From: an uncultured cyanobacterium | GTDB lineage: Bacteria; Cyanobacteriota; Cyanobacteriia; Cyanobacteriales; CAWUOF01 | Assembly (NCBI GenBank): GCA_963744145.1 | Contig: CAVUSO010000001.1 | Location: 1,600,001-1,664,000, forward strand | Length of the DNA stretch: 64,000 bases | Direction of reading: 5' to 3' | In this document: positions 11,971 to 26,316 of the stretch, piece after piece | How the letters are laid out: each line of letters opens with the position of its first letter | Position numbering within the stretch: the first letter of the stretch is position 1 | The notes under the pieces: generated by a model | The model's database searches: none | The model's input: the letters and a program-made list of their open reading frames with translations, nothing else | What the model was told of the DNA's origin: nothing | Position numbers and translations under genes: made by a program

Positions 11971-12288
11971 TTAGAGTTTGACCTCAATATCGACACCCGC
12001 AGGTAAATCCAGTTTCATTAGAGCATCAATGGTTTTCGCTGAGGGCTGGTAAATATCAATAATCCGACGGTGAGTCCGGGTTTCAAAGTGTTCCCGGGAG
12101 TCTTTATCAACGTGGGGAGAGCGTAATAAACAATAAATTCAACGTCTAGTGGGTAAGGGAATTGGACCAATAGCTGTAGCGTTAGTTCGATTAGCTGTAT
12201 CTACAATTTTTTCACAGGAAGTATCTAGAAGACGACGATCAAAAGCTTTGAGACGAATGCGAATTTTTTGCTGGGGGATAGTGGCCAT
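11971..12288 (-). CDS. rpsJ: 30S ribosomal protein S10, with an in-frame TGA at codon 50 as sequenced
   Basis: Manual translation: [29 protein letters not shown]...[34 protein letters not shown]...[12 protein letters not shown]; directly follows tuf. Confidence 0.95.
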
Positions 12289-12444
12289 TTCTTTAATTTT
12301 CGAGGTTCAGTTTGCTGTTTAATTTGGCGATCGCCAAGGTATTTAACCGAGCGATCGGCATGGAAATGAGAATTTTTTTGAGCAGAAAAGCTTAATACCC
12401 ATCGCATTAGCTCTTCTGCTCAATAATTAGTAGGTACTTAGAGC

Positions 12445-13674
12445 CTACTTCAAGATTTTGGAGACAACTCCAGCACCGACTGTGCGACCACCTTCCCGGA
12501 TGGCAAAGCGCATTCCTTGTTCAATGGCGATCGGGTTAATTAATTCTACGGTCATTTTGATGCGATCGCCCGGCATTACCATTTCTGGTTTGGCACCATC
12601 ATCAGAAGTAAACTCTTTAATTGTCCCAGTTACATCTGTAGTCCGAACATAGAACTGAGGACGATAACCAGAGAAGAAGGGAGTTTTACGACCACCTTCT
12701 TTTTCACTGAGAATGTAGACTTCACCTTCAAACTGAGTATGAGGAGTGATTGAACCAGGTTTAGCAATTACCATTCCGCGTTCAATATCAGTCTTTTGCA
12801 TCCCACGGAGCAACACCCCAGCGTTATCTCCAGCCATTCCTTCTTCTAGACTTTTCTTGAACATTTCGATCCCAGTTACCGTAGTATTCTTGGTATCTCT
12901 CAGACCGACCAATTGTACGTTATCACCGATTTTCACTTTCCCACGTTCAATCCGACCAGTAGCTACTGTACCACGACCAGTAATCGAGAATACGTCTTCT
13001 ACCGCCATCAAGAAAGGCTTATCAATATCACGCTCTGGGTCAGGAATATAAGAATCTACAGCATCCATCAGTTCATAGATTTTATCTACCCACGGATCCT
13101 CACCTCTCTGGGTTTTAGGACTTGCTGTCATTTTTTCTAAAGCTTTCAATCCAGAACCTTTGACAATGGGAATCTCATCGCCATCAAATCCGTACTCAGT
13201 TAAAAGTTCCCGTAGTTCTAAATCTACTAATTCTAGTAGTTCTTCATCCTCCATCATATCTTCCTTATTCAGGAAGACCACCAACTTAGGCACACCTACT
13301 TGACGTGCTAATAAGATATGTTCCCGGGTTTGGGGCATCGGACCATCAGTAGCGGCTACCACCAAAATCGCTCCATCCATTTGAGCGGCACCAGTGATCA
13401 TATTCTTCACATAGTCAGCATGACCAGGACAATCTACGTGAGCATAGTGACGTTTTTCGGTTTCATACTCAACGTGAGCAGTGTTAATCGTAATCCCCCG
13501 GGCTTTTTCTTCCGGAGCGTTATCAATTTGGTCATAAGCTTTAGCCACAGCCTGACCTAAAGCAGCTAAGGTCATTGTAATTGCTGCGGTCAAAGTTGTT
13601 TTGCCGTGGTCAACGTGACCAATGGTACCGATGTTAACGTGAGTTTTATTCCTTTCAAACTTTGCGCGTGCCAT
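12445..13674 (-). CDS. tuf: Elongation factor Tu
   Basis: [36 protein letters not shown]. Confidence 0.99.
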   Translation of the reverse strand: MARAKFERNKTHVNIGTIGHVDHGKTTLTAAITMTLAALGQAVAKAYDQIDNAPEEKARGITINTAHVEYETEKRHYAHVDCPGHADYVKNMITGAAQMDGAILVVAATDGPMPQTREHILLARQVGVPKLVVFLNKEDMMEDEELLELVDLELRELLTEYGFDGDEIPIVKGSGLKALEKMTASPKTQRGEDPWVDKIYELMDAVDSYIPDPERDIDKPFLMAVEDVFSITGRGTVATGRIERGKVKIGDNVQLVGLRDTKNTTVTGIEMFKKSLEEGMAGDNAGVLLRGMQKTDIERGMVIAKPGSITPHTQFEGEVYILSEKEGGRKTPFFSGYRPQFYVRTTDVTGTIKEFTSDDGAKPEMVMPGDRIKMTVELINPIAIEQGMRFAIREGGRTVGAGVVSKILK

Positions 13675-13702
13675 GAATTTATCTGTTCCTTATTTCTTTT
13701 TT

Positions 13703-13773
13703 TTTAGATTTTAGAATCTTAGATTAGGGATCTTAGATTTAATCTAAAATCCCTGATTGTTTCATCTAAAATC
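13703..13773. repeat. Degenerate heptameric short tandem repeats (TTAGATT / AATCTAA) forming a hairpin
   Basis: ttagatt-ttagaat-cttagat...ttagattt followed by inverted aatctaaaat / tctaaaatc in the fusA-tuf spacer; resembles STRR-type repeats of filamentous cyanobacteria. Confidence 0.5.
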
Positions 13774-13774
13774 G

Positions 13775-15850
13775 TTAGGCGTTCCCTTTGCTTTTCGCAA
13801 TAATTGGTTCAGCCACGTTGCGAGGCACTTCATCATAATGGCTAAATTCCATTGAGAAGATCCCCCGACCTTGGGTTTTTGAACGGATATCGGTAGCATA
13901 TCCAAACATTTCTGCTAATGGCACCTTAGCGGTTACCTTCGCAAGTCCCTGTTCAGAACCCATCCCTTCGATTTGACCACGACGGGAATTGAGGTCTCCC
14001 ATCACATCTCCTAGGAAGTTTTCGGGAACTTCGACCTCAACTTTCATCATAGGTTCTAATAGGACTGGTTTAGCCCTCATCACGGCTTCTTTAATTGCCA
14101 TTGAGCCAGCAATTTTAAAGGCCATTTCTGAGGAGTCTACGTCGTGGTAAGAACCATCTACTAAGATGGCTTTGAGGTCAATTACTGGATAACCAGCGAG
14201 GATGCCTGATTCGCAAGCTTCTTTCATCCCTTGTTCAGACGGAGAGATATATTCTTTGGGAACAGTCCCACCGACGATTTTGGAGACGAATTCAAATCCA
14301 GTCCCAGGTTCTCCGGGTTCAAGCTGGATCACCACATGACCATATTGACCTTTACCACCACTTTGACGGATAAATTTGCCTTCAGCCGTCACTTTCTCGC
14401 GAATTGTTTCGCGATAGGCTACTTGTGGGGCACCCACATTAGCTTCAACTTTGAATTCCCGTAGCATCCGATCAACTAGAATTTCTAGGTGTAATTCACC
14501 CATCCCCGCGATCACGGTTTGATTAGTTTCGGGATCGATTCTGACTCTAAATGTGGGGTCTTCTTCCGACAAGGACTGGAGGGCTTTGGATAGCTTCTCC
14601 ATGTCCTGTTTGGTTTTGGGTTCGACTGCGACGGAGATCACTGGCTCGGGAATGAAGAGCGACTCCAGAATCACTGGGGCACTTTCTTCGCAGATGGTAT
14701 CGCCAGTAAAGGTGTCTTTCAGTCCTAGGGCTGCACCCAAATCTCCCGCACGGAGTTCTTCGACTTCGATCCGGTCATCGGCTTTGAGAACTACCAAACG
14801 GGAAATCCGTTCTTTTTTGTTTTTGGTGGAGTTTAGGGCATAGCTGCCTTTTTTGAGAACTCCTGAGTAAACCCGAACAAAGGTTAGCCTGCCATAGGGA
14901 TCGGCCATAATCTTGAAGGCTAGGGCAGATAGGGGTTGATTATCATCAGCATTGCGCTTGACGATACTACCATCAGGTAAAGTCCCCTCAATTGGTGGAA
15001 TATCGATGGGTGCTGGTAGGTAGTCGATCACTGCATCTAATAGTAGTTGCACACCTTTGTTTTTGAAGGCTGAACCACAGAGCATGGGCACCATTGTCCC
15101 CTGGATCGTTCCTTTGCGGATGGCTTGGTGGATCTCTGCTTCGGTTAGTTCTTCACCTTCGAGATATTTTTCGGTGAGGTGATCGTCGGTTTCGGCGGCT
15201 TTTTCGATCAGATTTTCCCGGAATTTTTTGGCATCTGCCATCACTTCTGCCGGAATATCGGTTTCGGTAATGTCTGTACCCTGGTCATTGGTGTAAATAT
15301 AAGCCCGCATTTTTACCAGGTCTACGATCCCTTTAAAATCACCTTCGCTCCCGATCGGCACTTGGATGGGAACGGCATTAGCTCTCATCCGATCCTTGAT
15401 CTGGTCATAAACTTTATAAAAGTTTGCGCCCGTCCGATCCATTTTGTTGACAAAAACGATCCGAGGCACTTTATACCGATCTGCTTGTCGCCACACGGTC
15501 TCTGATTGGGGTTGAACGCCGCCAACTGAGCAGAATACGGCAATCACTCCATCCAATACCCGCATGGAACGTTCTACTTCGATCGTGAAGTCTACGTGGC
15601 CCGGTGTATCAATAATGTTGATTTGATATTCTTTCCAACTGGTGGTGATGGCCGCAGCCGTGATGGTTATGCCCCGCTCCCGCTCTTGTTCCATCCAGTC
15701 GGTTACGGCTGTACCTTCGTGAACTTCGCCGATTTTATGCACCATGCCAGAATAGAACAGTATTCGCTCAGTTGTGGTGGTTTTGCCCGCATCTATGTGG
15801 GCGGCGATGCCTATGTTGCGTATTTTCTCAAGCGGGACGGTACGTGCCAC
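13775..15850 (-). CDS. fusA: Elongation factor G
   Basis: [32 protein letters not shown] start with GGAGG upstream. Confidence 0.99.
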   Translation of the reverse strand: MARTVPLEKIRNIGIAAHIDAGKTTTTERILFYSGMVHKIGEVHEGTAVTDWMEQERERGITITAAAITTSWKEYQINIIDTPGHVDFTIEVERSMRVLDGVIAVFCSVGGVQPQSETVWRQADRYKVPRIVFVNKMDRTGANFYKVYDQIKDRMRANAVPIQVPIGSEGDFKGIVDLVKMRAYIYTNDQGTDITETDIPAEVMADAKKFRENLIEKAAETDDHLTEKYLEGEELTEAEIHQAIRKGTIQGTMVPMLCGSAFKNKGVQLLLDAVIDYLPAPIDIPPIEGTLPDGSIVKRNADDNQPLSALAFKIMADPYGRLTFVRVYSGVLKKGSYALNSTKNKKERISRLVVLKADDRIEVEELRAGDLGAALGLKDTFTGDTICEESAPVILESLFIPEPVISVAVEPKTKQDMEKLSKALQSLSEEDPTFRVRIDPETNQTVIAGMGELHLEILVDRMLREFKVEANVGAPQVAYRETIREKVTAEGKFIRQSGGKGQYGHVVIQLEPGEPGTGFEFVSKIVGGTVPKEYISPSEQGMKEACESGILAGYPVIDLKAILVDGSYHDVDSSEMAFKIAGSMAIKEAVMRAKPVLLEPMMKVEVEVPENFLGDVMGDLNSRRGQIEGMGSEQGLAKVTAKVPLAEMFGYATDIRSKTQGRGIFSMEFSHYDEVPRNVAEPIIAKSKGNA

Positions 15851-16208
15851 AGCTACCTCCTTAGTTTTTGTCGCATAATATATGCGTTGTTAAGATTTCA
15901 TGTTGCGAATGAGTGCGAGGGAGCAGCGTTTGGTTGAACCAAAATCTTGCTCAAGGTTCTGTCATGGCTGTTTTTAATCAATTGCCACTAGTCACCCTGT
16001 CTGCCACACCCAAGCATCCCTCGCGCTAATATTATGCTTGGAAATGGACATAATCAAAGATCTGTCCTGAGCGACTATCCACTATTCTCGATCAGATCAA
16101 AAAATGCTGTCTTGTGGATAGCGCTGTTCTGGTTACATTTTAATATTTTTTGCAAAATTTGTTCACATATTGAGATCTCGATCTGTGGAAGAGAATCCCT
16201 GGTAAACA

Positions 16209-16679
16209 TTAGTACCGATAGTGGGCGAAAGCTTTGTTCGCTTCTGCCATCCGGTGAGTTTCTTCTCGCTTGCGAATGGCATTACCTGTCTCATTCGCAG
16301 CATCCATTAATTCATTGGCTAGTTTGTTAGCCATGCTTCTTCCGGAACGCGATCGCGAATATTGAATTAGCCAGCGTAGGGCTAAAGTTGTGCCCCGATC
16401 TGAGCGTACTTCCATGGGCACTTGATAGGTCGCACCACCGACCCGACGTGCTTTTACTTCTACCAGTGGGGTCGCATTCCGCACTGCTTTTTCAAACATT
16501 TCTAACGGTTCAGCACCAGTTCTTTCTTGAATTGTTTTTAACGCATCATACACAATATGATTGGCAACTGATTTTTTGCCTTTTTTCATCACCCGTCGCA
16601 CCATCATGGTAACTAGGCAACTATTATATACGGGATCTGGAGGAATGGGACGTTTTTGAATAACACCGCGACGAGACAT
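16209..16679 (-). CDS. rpsG: 30S ribosomal protein S7
   Basis: [25 protein letters not shown]. Confidence 0.99.
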   Translation of the reverse strand: MSRRGVIQKRPIPPDPVYNSCLVTMMVRRVMKKGKKSVANHIVYDALKTIQERTGAEPLEMFEKAVRNATPLVEVKARRVGGATYQVPMEVRSDRGTTLALRWLIQYSRSRSGRSMANKLANELMDAANETGNAIRKREETHRMAEANKAFAHYRY

Positions 16680-16801
16680 AATCAGCCTTTAACGAGATAA
16701 TTTTGCTAGTTGGGATTTGGTGATTGACCAGTTTTTTTATTGTCTATGGGCAACTACCGACAGGAGTTCAAATTACGCCAATCCTTTGGCGATCGCGATC
16801 A

Positions 16802-17182
16802 TTACTTGGCAGCTTTTGGACGTTTAGCTCCGTATTTGGAGCGACCTTGACGCCGATCTTTCACACCTGCGGTATCTAAAGTACCACGAATAATATGGTA
16901 TCTAACTCCGGGCAAATCTTTGACCCGACCACCACGGATCATCACGACCGAGTGTTCTTGGAGGTTGTGGCCAATTCCGGGGATGTAAGCTGTGACTTCA
17001 AATCCCGAGGTCAGTCGTACCCGGGCGACTTTACGCAGGGCGGAGTTCGGTTTTTTCGGAGTGGTCGTGTACACCCTGGTACAAACGCCACGACGCTGAG
17101 GGCAACTCTTGAGTGCTGGCGATTTGGTTTTCTTTTGCGCTGCGGCGCGTTCAGTCCGAATGAGTTGCTGGATAGTGGGCAT
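16802..17182 (-). CDS. rpsL: 30S ribosomal protein S12
   Basis: [28 protein letters not shown]. Confidence 0.99.
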   Translation of the reverse strand: MPTIQQLIRTERAAAQKKTKSPALKSCPQRRGVCTRVYTTTPKKPNSALRKVARVRLTSGFEVTAYIPGIGHNLQEHSVVMIRGGRVKDLPGVRYHIIRGTLDTAGVKDRRQGRSKYGAKRPKAAK

Positions 17183-17314
17183 GGGTTCGATGGCCTAAAA
17201 TTTTTGGCAGTGGCAACTTTCAACAAACTCTTACTATATCTTAATGGAGGTATCTGTGTCAATGGTTTTTTGCTTAATAAATTCTAAATTTCTGCGGTTA
17301 CTGACCTGGGGATA

Positions 17315-17689
17315 CTAGATTTTTTGATTTTGGCAATGATTGTGCGGATCTACTGATCTGGTTGTACCAACTGAAAATGAGTTCCCGCATCCACAAGTTT
17401 GAATTGCGATGGGGTTATGAAAACGGAAACCCCCTCCCATTAAGTCTTCTGAGTAATCGATGGTAAGACCATTAATATAGTTTAACGTCTGGCTATTGAT
17501 GACTATACTTATACCGTCACATTCATAAATTAGATCTTCAGCGGTTGCTTGTTCGGTAAAGCCCATAATATAGTATAGTTCAGCACAACCGCCTTGGTCT
17601 ACACTCAGCCGAAATAATAGGTTGGGATTTGATTGTTTAGATTTGAGACGTTTGATTTCGTTGGTGGCGGCTGGGTTAAGATGAATCAT
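17315..17689 (-). CDS. HesB/IscA-family Fe-S cluster assembly protein
   Basis: GGC, F.FHNP...TCGCGNSF. Confidence 0.9.
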   Translation of the reverse strand: MIHLNPAATNEIKRLKSKQSNPNLLFRLSVDQGGCAELYYIMGFTEQATAEDLIYECDGISIVINSQTLNYINGLTIDYSEDLMGGGFRFHNPIAIQTCGCGNSFSVGTTRSVDPHNHCQNQKI

Positions 17690-17915
17690 TTTTAATTAGA
17701 GCTAGAAACGCGATCAAGAAATTATACCTCTCTTTCACACTTTTTAATTGGTCAGAGTAGAATGAGAGTTTTGGACTATAAACGCCTAGGCGATCGCGAT
17801 CGCTGCCAAGCTATCCCAAGGGGTTTTCAGAACCTAGTCTGGTGCATGGCTGGCTAGGATGTTTAAGCTTCTGAAAAGACGATTTCTAAGTTGACGGAAT
17901 TAACCATTACAAAAT

Positions 17916-19562
17916 ATGAACCGATTAAAACAATTAAAACAGTATTGGCATTGGGCTTGGAATATATCAAAACTCTACTGGGTTTCTAGTGAAAAATGGG
18001 GAGCTATTACCATAGCTTGTGCCCAGATAGGAGTTATTATCCTGGAAAATAAAGTCGCATTGATGTTGAACAGTTATCAAGGCGAAACAGCTACGGCACT
18101 ACAGGCAAAATCACCTACTTTTTATCAACTTATCTTAATTAGCACAGGTTTAGTAGCTTTATACATTTTCGGTTGGATTTTTAAATATTTTATTCAAAAA
18201 AAGCTAGAATTATACTGGCAAGAATGGCTGACTAAAGATTTTCTCAAGAGATATTTTCACAACCAAGCTTACCACAAAATTAATAGTTGTAAGGAAATTG
18301 ATAATCCTGACAATCGCCTCTCTGAAGACATCCAATCTTTTGTAGGAGACACGTTATCTTATTCTTTCAGCTTAGGCGATACAATACTGAGAGGTTTTCT
18401 ATTTTTTGGAGTCCTTTGGTCAATTAATCATTTTCTAGTTTATCTAACAATTATAGTAGCAGCTATCCGAACTTTAATTAACATTTTCATTGGCCAACCT
18501 TTAATCCCACTCAAAAATAAACTGCTCAAATTAAAACCCGATTTCCGCTATAGCTTAGTCTATGTTCGTAACAATAGTGAATCCATAGCTTTCTATAGAG
18601 GAGAAAAACAAGAATTAGACCAGATTCAAAGAAAATTTGGAAAATTTTTGGCAGTACAACATCAAATTATTTTACCTGAAAGTGCTTTATTTGCAGTTGA
18701 GATTGGTATTTCTATTGCTTTTACTTTAATGCTTCAGTTTATTTTAGCTCCTCAATATTTCAATGGCCAAATTTCCTTTGGTGACATCACTCGTTCTATC
18801 GGTGCTTGTGGGACTGTTTTGAGTGTACTTAGTTGGTTTGCCGATTCTTTTGATGGATTGATTTCCTACGCAGCAACTATTAAGCGTTTAGGCACATTTT
18901 CAGATTTTATTGAGTCACCCAATTTAGTTTCCTACAAAGCTCAAACTATTGAAACAGTAATCGATACTAGGCTAGCTCTGACTCATCTTTGCTTACAAAC
19001 TCCTGACTACAAAAGAACTTTAGTGCAGGATATCTCCTTAGAAGTTCCCACAGGAAAAGGAGTCTTATTGATGGGACCGTCCGGGAGTGGGAAGAGTTCG
19101 ATTTTGAGGGCGATAGCAGGTCTGTGGGATACTGGTTCAGGCTGTATTTTCCGTCCGCACATAGAAGAAATTTTTATCATCCCCCAACGTCCTTACATGA
19201 TTCTGGGTTCTCTCAGCGCTCAATTATTATACCCACACACAAAAAGAGATATCAGTAATGAACAACTTCAATCCTGTTTAGAAAAAGTCAATCTGGCTGA
19301 TTTAGCCACCAGAATGGGTGGTTTTGATGTGGAATTAAACTGGGCTGATATTTTATCCCTGGGTGAGCAGCAAAAACTGGCATTTGCTCGCCTATTTTTG
19401 GCAAATCCTCGTTATGTATTGTTGGATGAATCTACTAGTGCGTTAGATGTGGCTAATGAGAAGCATTTATATGAACTTATCAAAGGTTTAGATATCACGT
19501 TTATTAGCGTTGGACATAGACCAACGTTGCTTCAGTATCATGAGTATATTGTTCAAATTTGA
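17916..19562 (+). CDS. ABCD-type (ABC_membrane_2) fused permease/ATPase
   Basis: IDNPD.RLSED, ESIAFYRGE, Walker A GPSGSGKSS, LSLGEQQ, LLDESTSALD, SVGHR. Confidence 0.9.
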   Translation: MNRLKQLKQYWHWAWNISKLYWVSSEKWGAITIACAQIGVIILENKVALMLNSYQGETATALQAKSPTFYQLILISTGLVALYIFGWIFKYFIQKKLELYWQEWLTKDFLKRYFHNQAYHKINSCKEIDNPDNRLSEDIQSFVGDTLSYSFSLGDTILRGFLFFGVLWSINHFLVYLTIIVAAIRTLINIFIGQPLIPLKNKLLKLKPDFRYSLVYVRNNSESIAFYRGEKQELDQIQRKFGKFLAVQHQIILPESALFAVEIGISIAFTLMLQFILAPQYFNGQISFGDITRSIGACGTVLSVLSWFADSFDGLISYAATIKRLGTFSDFIESPNLVSYKAQTIETVIDTRLALTHLCLQTPDYKRTLVQDISLEVPTGKGVLLMGPSGSGKSSILRAIAGLWDTGSGCIFRPHIEEIFIIPQRPYMILGSLSAQLLYPHTKRDISNEQLQSCLEKVNLADLATRMGGFDVELNWADILSLGEQQKLAFARLFLANPRYVLLDESTSALDVANEKHLYELIKGLDITFISVGHRPTLLQYHEYIVQI

Positions 19563-20096
19563 GGGCGACTAAATGCTGATCTATTTGATCCTCGCTACTT
19601 GGCCTATTTTATTACTTAAATCAAACTAGCAATTGTTAAACAAATTTTAAGCTTTCATTAATATTACGTCAATCGGGTCAATGTGACTTATAATGCGAAA
19701 CCGTATTTTTGACAACAGTTAAATCGCGCCGATCGTCCATACCCGCTCAAAATTTAAGAAAAAGTTACGATCTGAAAAAAGCATAAAAGATATGATAGAG
19801 ATATAAATTAATAGTTAATGCTGCATCAGCATAACCAGAAGAGCAACCCTAATAAACCTCAACAAACAAGCAGCTAGGCTTAGTAATTTATCCTAGACTA
19901 AAACAAGAGAAAAACAACATTTTAGTTGTTTTAATTCATGGTAATTATCATTATGTAAGGATGCAATTTTCAACAGATAAACAGATAGGAAAGCGAAGTA
20001 ATTTTGGTTAACTAAACCAAAAACAATCAGGATTAAATTGCCCCAAGGAAATTTCTGGCAGCAATTGGCTAGAGTAATAGCACAATAAAGGCTTGA

Positions 20097-23703
<3,607 letters not shown>

Positions 23704-23796
23704 TTAGTTTTAGGTGAGTTTGGTCGGGGTGGAGTCTAACCCCGACTAACTCTGAATACTCATTTAGCAGGTTTTATTAGCAAAGGATTAAAGACC

Positions 23797-24807
23797 ATGG
23801 ATCTTACCACTAATTATTTAGGCTTAACCCTGCGATCGCCTTTAGTTCCTTCAGCCGCAGCTCCATTAACTGAAGACATTAGTAATATTAAACGCATGGA
23901 AGACGCGGGAGCTGCCGCAGTGGTTTTGCATTCTTTATTTGAAGAACAAATCAAACAAGAACGCTACGAACTTGAACATCATCTTACCTACGCTACTCAT
24001 AGCTTTGCTGAAGCTTTGACTTATTTTCCCGAACCCGAAGTTTTCCATGTCGGTCCCCATGAATATTTGAATCATATTCGGAAAGCTAAGGAAGCGGTCA
24101 AGATTCCGATTATTGCGAGTTTAAATGGTTCTTCTACTGGTGGTTGGACTGATTACGCTCAACTAATTCAGCAAGCTGGAGCTGATGCGTTGGAATTGAA
24201 TATTTATTATATTCCGACGGATATGGATTTGAGTGGAGCTCAGGTCGAACAAAATTATTTCGATATTGTTTCTGCTGTGAAAAGTGTAGTCACAATTCCG
24301 GTGGGACTGAAACTGAGTCCATTTTTTAGCAATTTTGCCTATATGGCAAAAAAATTTGATGAACTTGGTGCAGATAGTTTGATTTTGTTTAACCGTTTCT
24401 ATCAGCCTACCATTGATATTGATGAGTTGGAAATTAAACCCCTTGTCTTGTTAAGTACACCGCAAGCTATGCGTTTACCCATGCGGTGGATTGCGATTCT
24501 TTATGGTCGAATTAGTGCTGATTTAGCAGCTACTGGTGGGATTCATAAAGGAACTGAAGCTTTAAGTATGTTAATGGCTGGGGCTAAGATTACTCAATTA
24601 TGTTCTGTCTTGTTGCGTCATGGAATTGAGCATATTCGGGTAATTGAAACCGAGATGTTGCATTGGATGGAAGAACATGAATATCATTCGGTGAAGCAAA
24701 TGCAAGGTTCGATGTCACAAATTAATTGTGCTGATGAATCTGAATTTGAACGCGTCCAGTATATGCGTGCGATTCAGTCCTATACTCCGGAACGAGTTTT
24801 TAGGTAG
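23797..24807 (+). CDS. Dihydroorotate dehydrogenase-like flavoprotein associated with nifJ
   Basis: MDLTT.YLGL.L.SPL, SLFEEQ, ALELN, KLSP, FNRFYQP, ATGGIH. Confidence 0.88.
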   Translation: MDLTTNYLGLTLRSPLVPSAAAPLTEDISNIKRMEDAGAAAVVLHSLFEEQIKQERYELEHHLTYATHSFAEALTYFPEPEVFHVGPHEYLNHIRKAKEAVKIPIIASLNGSSTGGWTDYAQLIQQAGADALELNIYYIPTDMDLSGAQVEQNYFDIVSAVKSVVTIPVGLKLSPFFSNFAYMAKKFDELGADSLILFNRFYQPTIDIDELEIKPLVLLSTPQAMRLPMRWIAILYGRISADLAATGGIHKGTEALSMLMAGAKITQLCSVLLRHGIEHIRVIETEMLHWMEEHEYHSVKQMQGSMSQINCADESEFERVQYMRAIQSYTPERVFR

Positions 24808-24818
24808 CACTTTCTCCC

Positions 24819-24849
24819 TAACCGTTACAAAAATGATCTGTAACGGTTA
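24819..24849. terminator. Perfect 11-bp stem-loop
   Basis: taaccgttaca / tgtaacggtta just after the stop of the DHODH-like gene; no clear U-tract. Confidence 0.45.
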
Positions 24850-24940
24850 ACTAAATCGGTGGTGGTTAATGAGAATTTAACCTTCACATTTTAGGCTGAA
24901 TAAGACATTAGGACATTTAGTTAGCTAAGTAAAAACTTTT

Positions 24941-26104
24941 ATGAACAAACAAAAACGGATTGGTATTCTGACCAGTGGGGGCGATTGTCCTGGTCTTAAT
25001 GCTGTGATCAGAGCTGTGGTTAAATGTTCTACAAGTAAAGGTTGGGATGTTTTTGGAATTCCCTATGGAACTGATGGCTTTATTCATGTAGCCACAGGTA
25101 AAGTTAATCCCGAAAGTCTGAAGTTAAAAGAACATGGCTATGATATACCTGGATTACTGCAAGGCTTAGATGTTTTACAGTTTCTGAGTGGTAGTGTGCT
25201 AGGTTCTCTGAGTAAAGGAGATACAGAAAAGAATGCTGACAAAATAATTGCTGGCTATCAGCAATTACAGCTAGATGCTTTAATTGCGATCGGTGGTGAT
25301 GGCAGTTTGGATATTATTTATAATTTAGCTAAACAAGGTAATTGGAATTTGATTGGTGTGCCAAAAACCATCGATAATGATGTTCCTTTTACGGAAAGAT
25401 CCGTTGGGTTTGATACTGCTGTTAGTACAGTCACACAAGCTCTATATGATCTGACCTTTACTGCTGCTAGTCATGAACGAGTGATGGTGGTTGAATTAAT
25501 GGGGAGGGATGCGGGTCATTTAGCTTTACACGCTGGAATTGCTGGGGGTGCTGATGTAATTTTAATTCCTGAACTTGCTCCCAAAATTGATGATACTGTC
25601 ATTGAAGAAGTTACTCACACCTTAACTGAATTACGTCAAAAAAGACGCAAATTTGCTTTAGTTGTAGTAGCAGAAGGGGTGAAAAATTCCGCCGGAAAAA
25701 CCGAAAAATGTATTGGTGATTATTTAGCTAAACATATTCAAGCATATAGTGAAAAACTTTGTCAAGTTGGTGAAACTGAGTTCTGTCAGATTGAAGATGT
25801 CATCGATACTCGAGTCACAGTTTTAGGTCATCTCCAACGAAGTGGTACTCCTTCCTCAGCCGATCGCTTATTAGCTACTGCTTTTGGAATTAAAGCGGTG
25901 GAATTAATTGATGAAGACCGTTGTAATCGATTGGTAATTTATCAAAATGGAGAAATTCACAGTAAATCTTTAGATGAAGTCATTGATGTAATTAAAAAAT
26001 GTCATGCTGAAAATCGTTGTGCTTCTCCAGTCAATCCGAATAGTTTTATGGTGAAAACTGCGCGATCGCTCGGGATTTATGTTGGACCGATACAGCCCAT
26101 TTAG
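24941..26104 (+). CDS. pfkA: 6-phosphofructokinase
   Basis: [33 protein letters not shown]. Confidence 0.95.
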   Translation: MNKQKRIGILTSGGDCPGLNAVIRAVVKCSTSKGWDVFGIPYGTDGFIHVATGKVNPESLKLKEHGYDIPGLLQGLDVLQFLSGSVLGSLSKGDTEKNADKIIAGYQQLQLDALIAIGGDGSLDIIYNLAKQGNWNLIGVPKTIDNDVPFTERSVGFDTAVSTVTQALYDLTFTAASHERVMVVELMGRDAGHLALHAGIAGGADVILIPELAPKIDDTVIEEVTHTLTELRQKRRKFALVVVAEGVKNSAGKTEKCIGDYLAKHIQAYSEKLCQVGETEFCQIEDVIDTRVTVLGHLQRSGTPSSADRLLATAFGIKAVELIDEDRCNRLVIYQNGEIHSKSLDEVIDVIKKCHAENRCASPVNPNSFMVKTARSLGIYVGPIQPI

Positions 26105-26220
26105 TATAAATGTGCTAAACTTAATTGAGTAGGTATATGTTTGGCCAAAAATTAAACCTGATTTTCTGGTAGTCCCTGGAAAACAGTGGAGGGGATCAAA
26201 AATCGGGATGTTTCCCTGGC

Positions 26221-26276
26221 CATGTAGGGGCGTATTGCAATAGGTCATGTAGGGGCGTATTGCAATACGCCCCTAC
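26221..26276. repeat. GTAG REP-like palindrome with a partial tandem copy
   Basis: Perfect 28-bp palindrome gtaggggcgtattgcaatacgcccctac (26249-26276), preceded by a truncated copy catgtaggggcgtattgcaata (26221-26242). Confidence 0.8.
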
Positions 26277-26316
26277 CCTATCTGCCTGACAATCATTAAT
26301 TTTAAAAATTTAAAAA

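Noticed and set aside
12225..12407. 60-aa ORF overlapping the rpsJ 5' end
   Set aside because: Alternative frame over rpsJ; the real gene was missed only because of its internal TGA.
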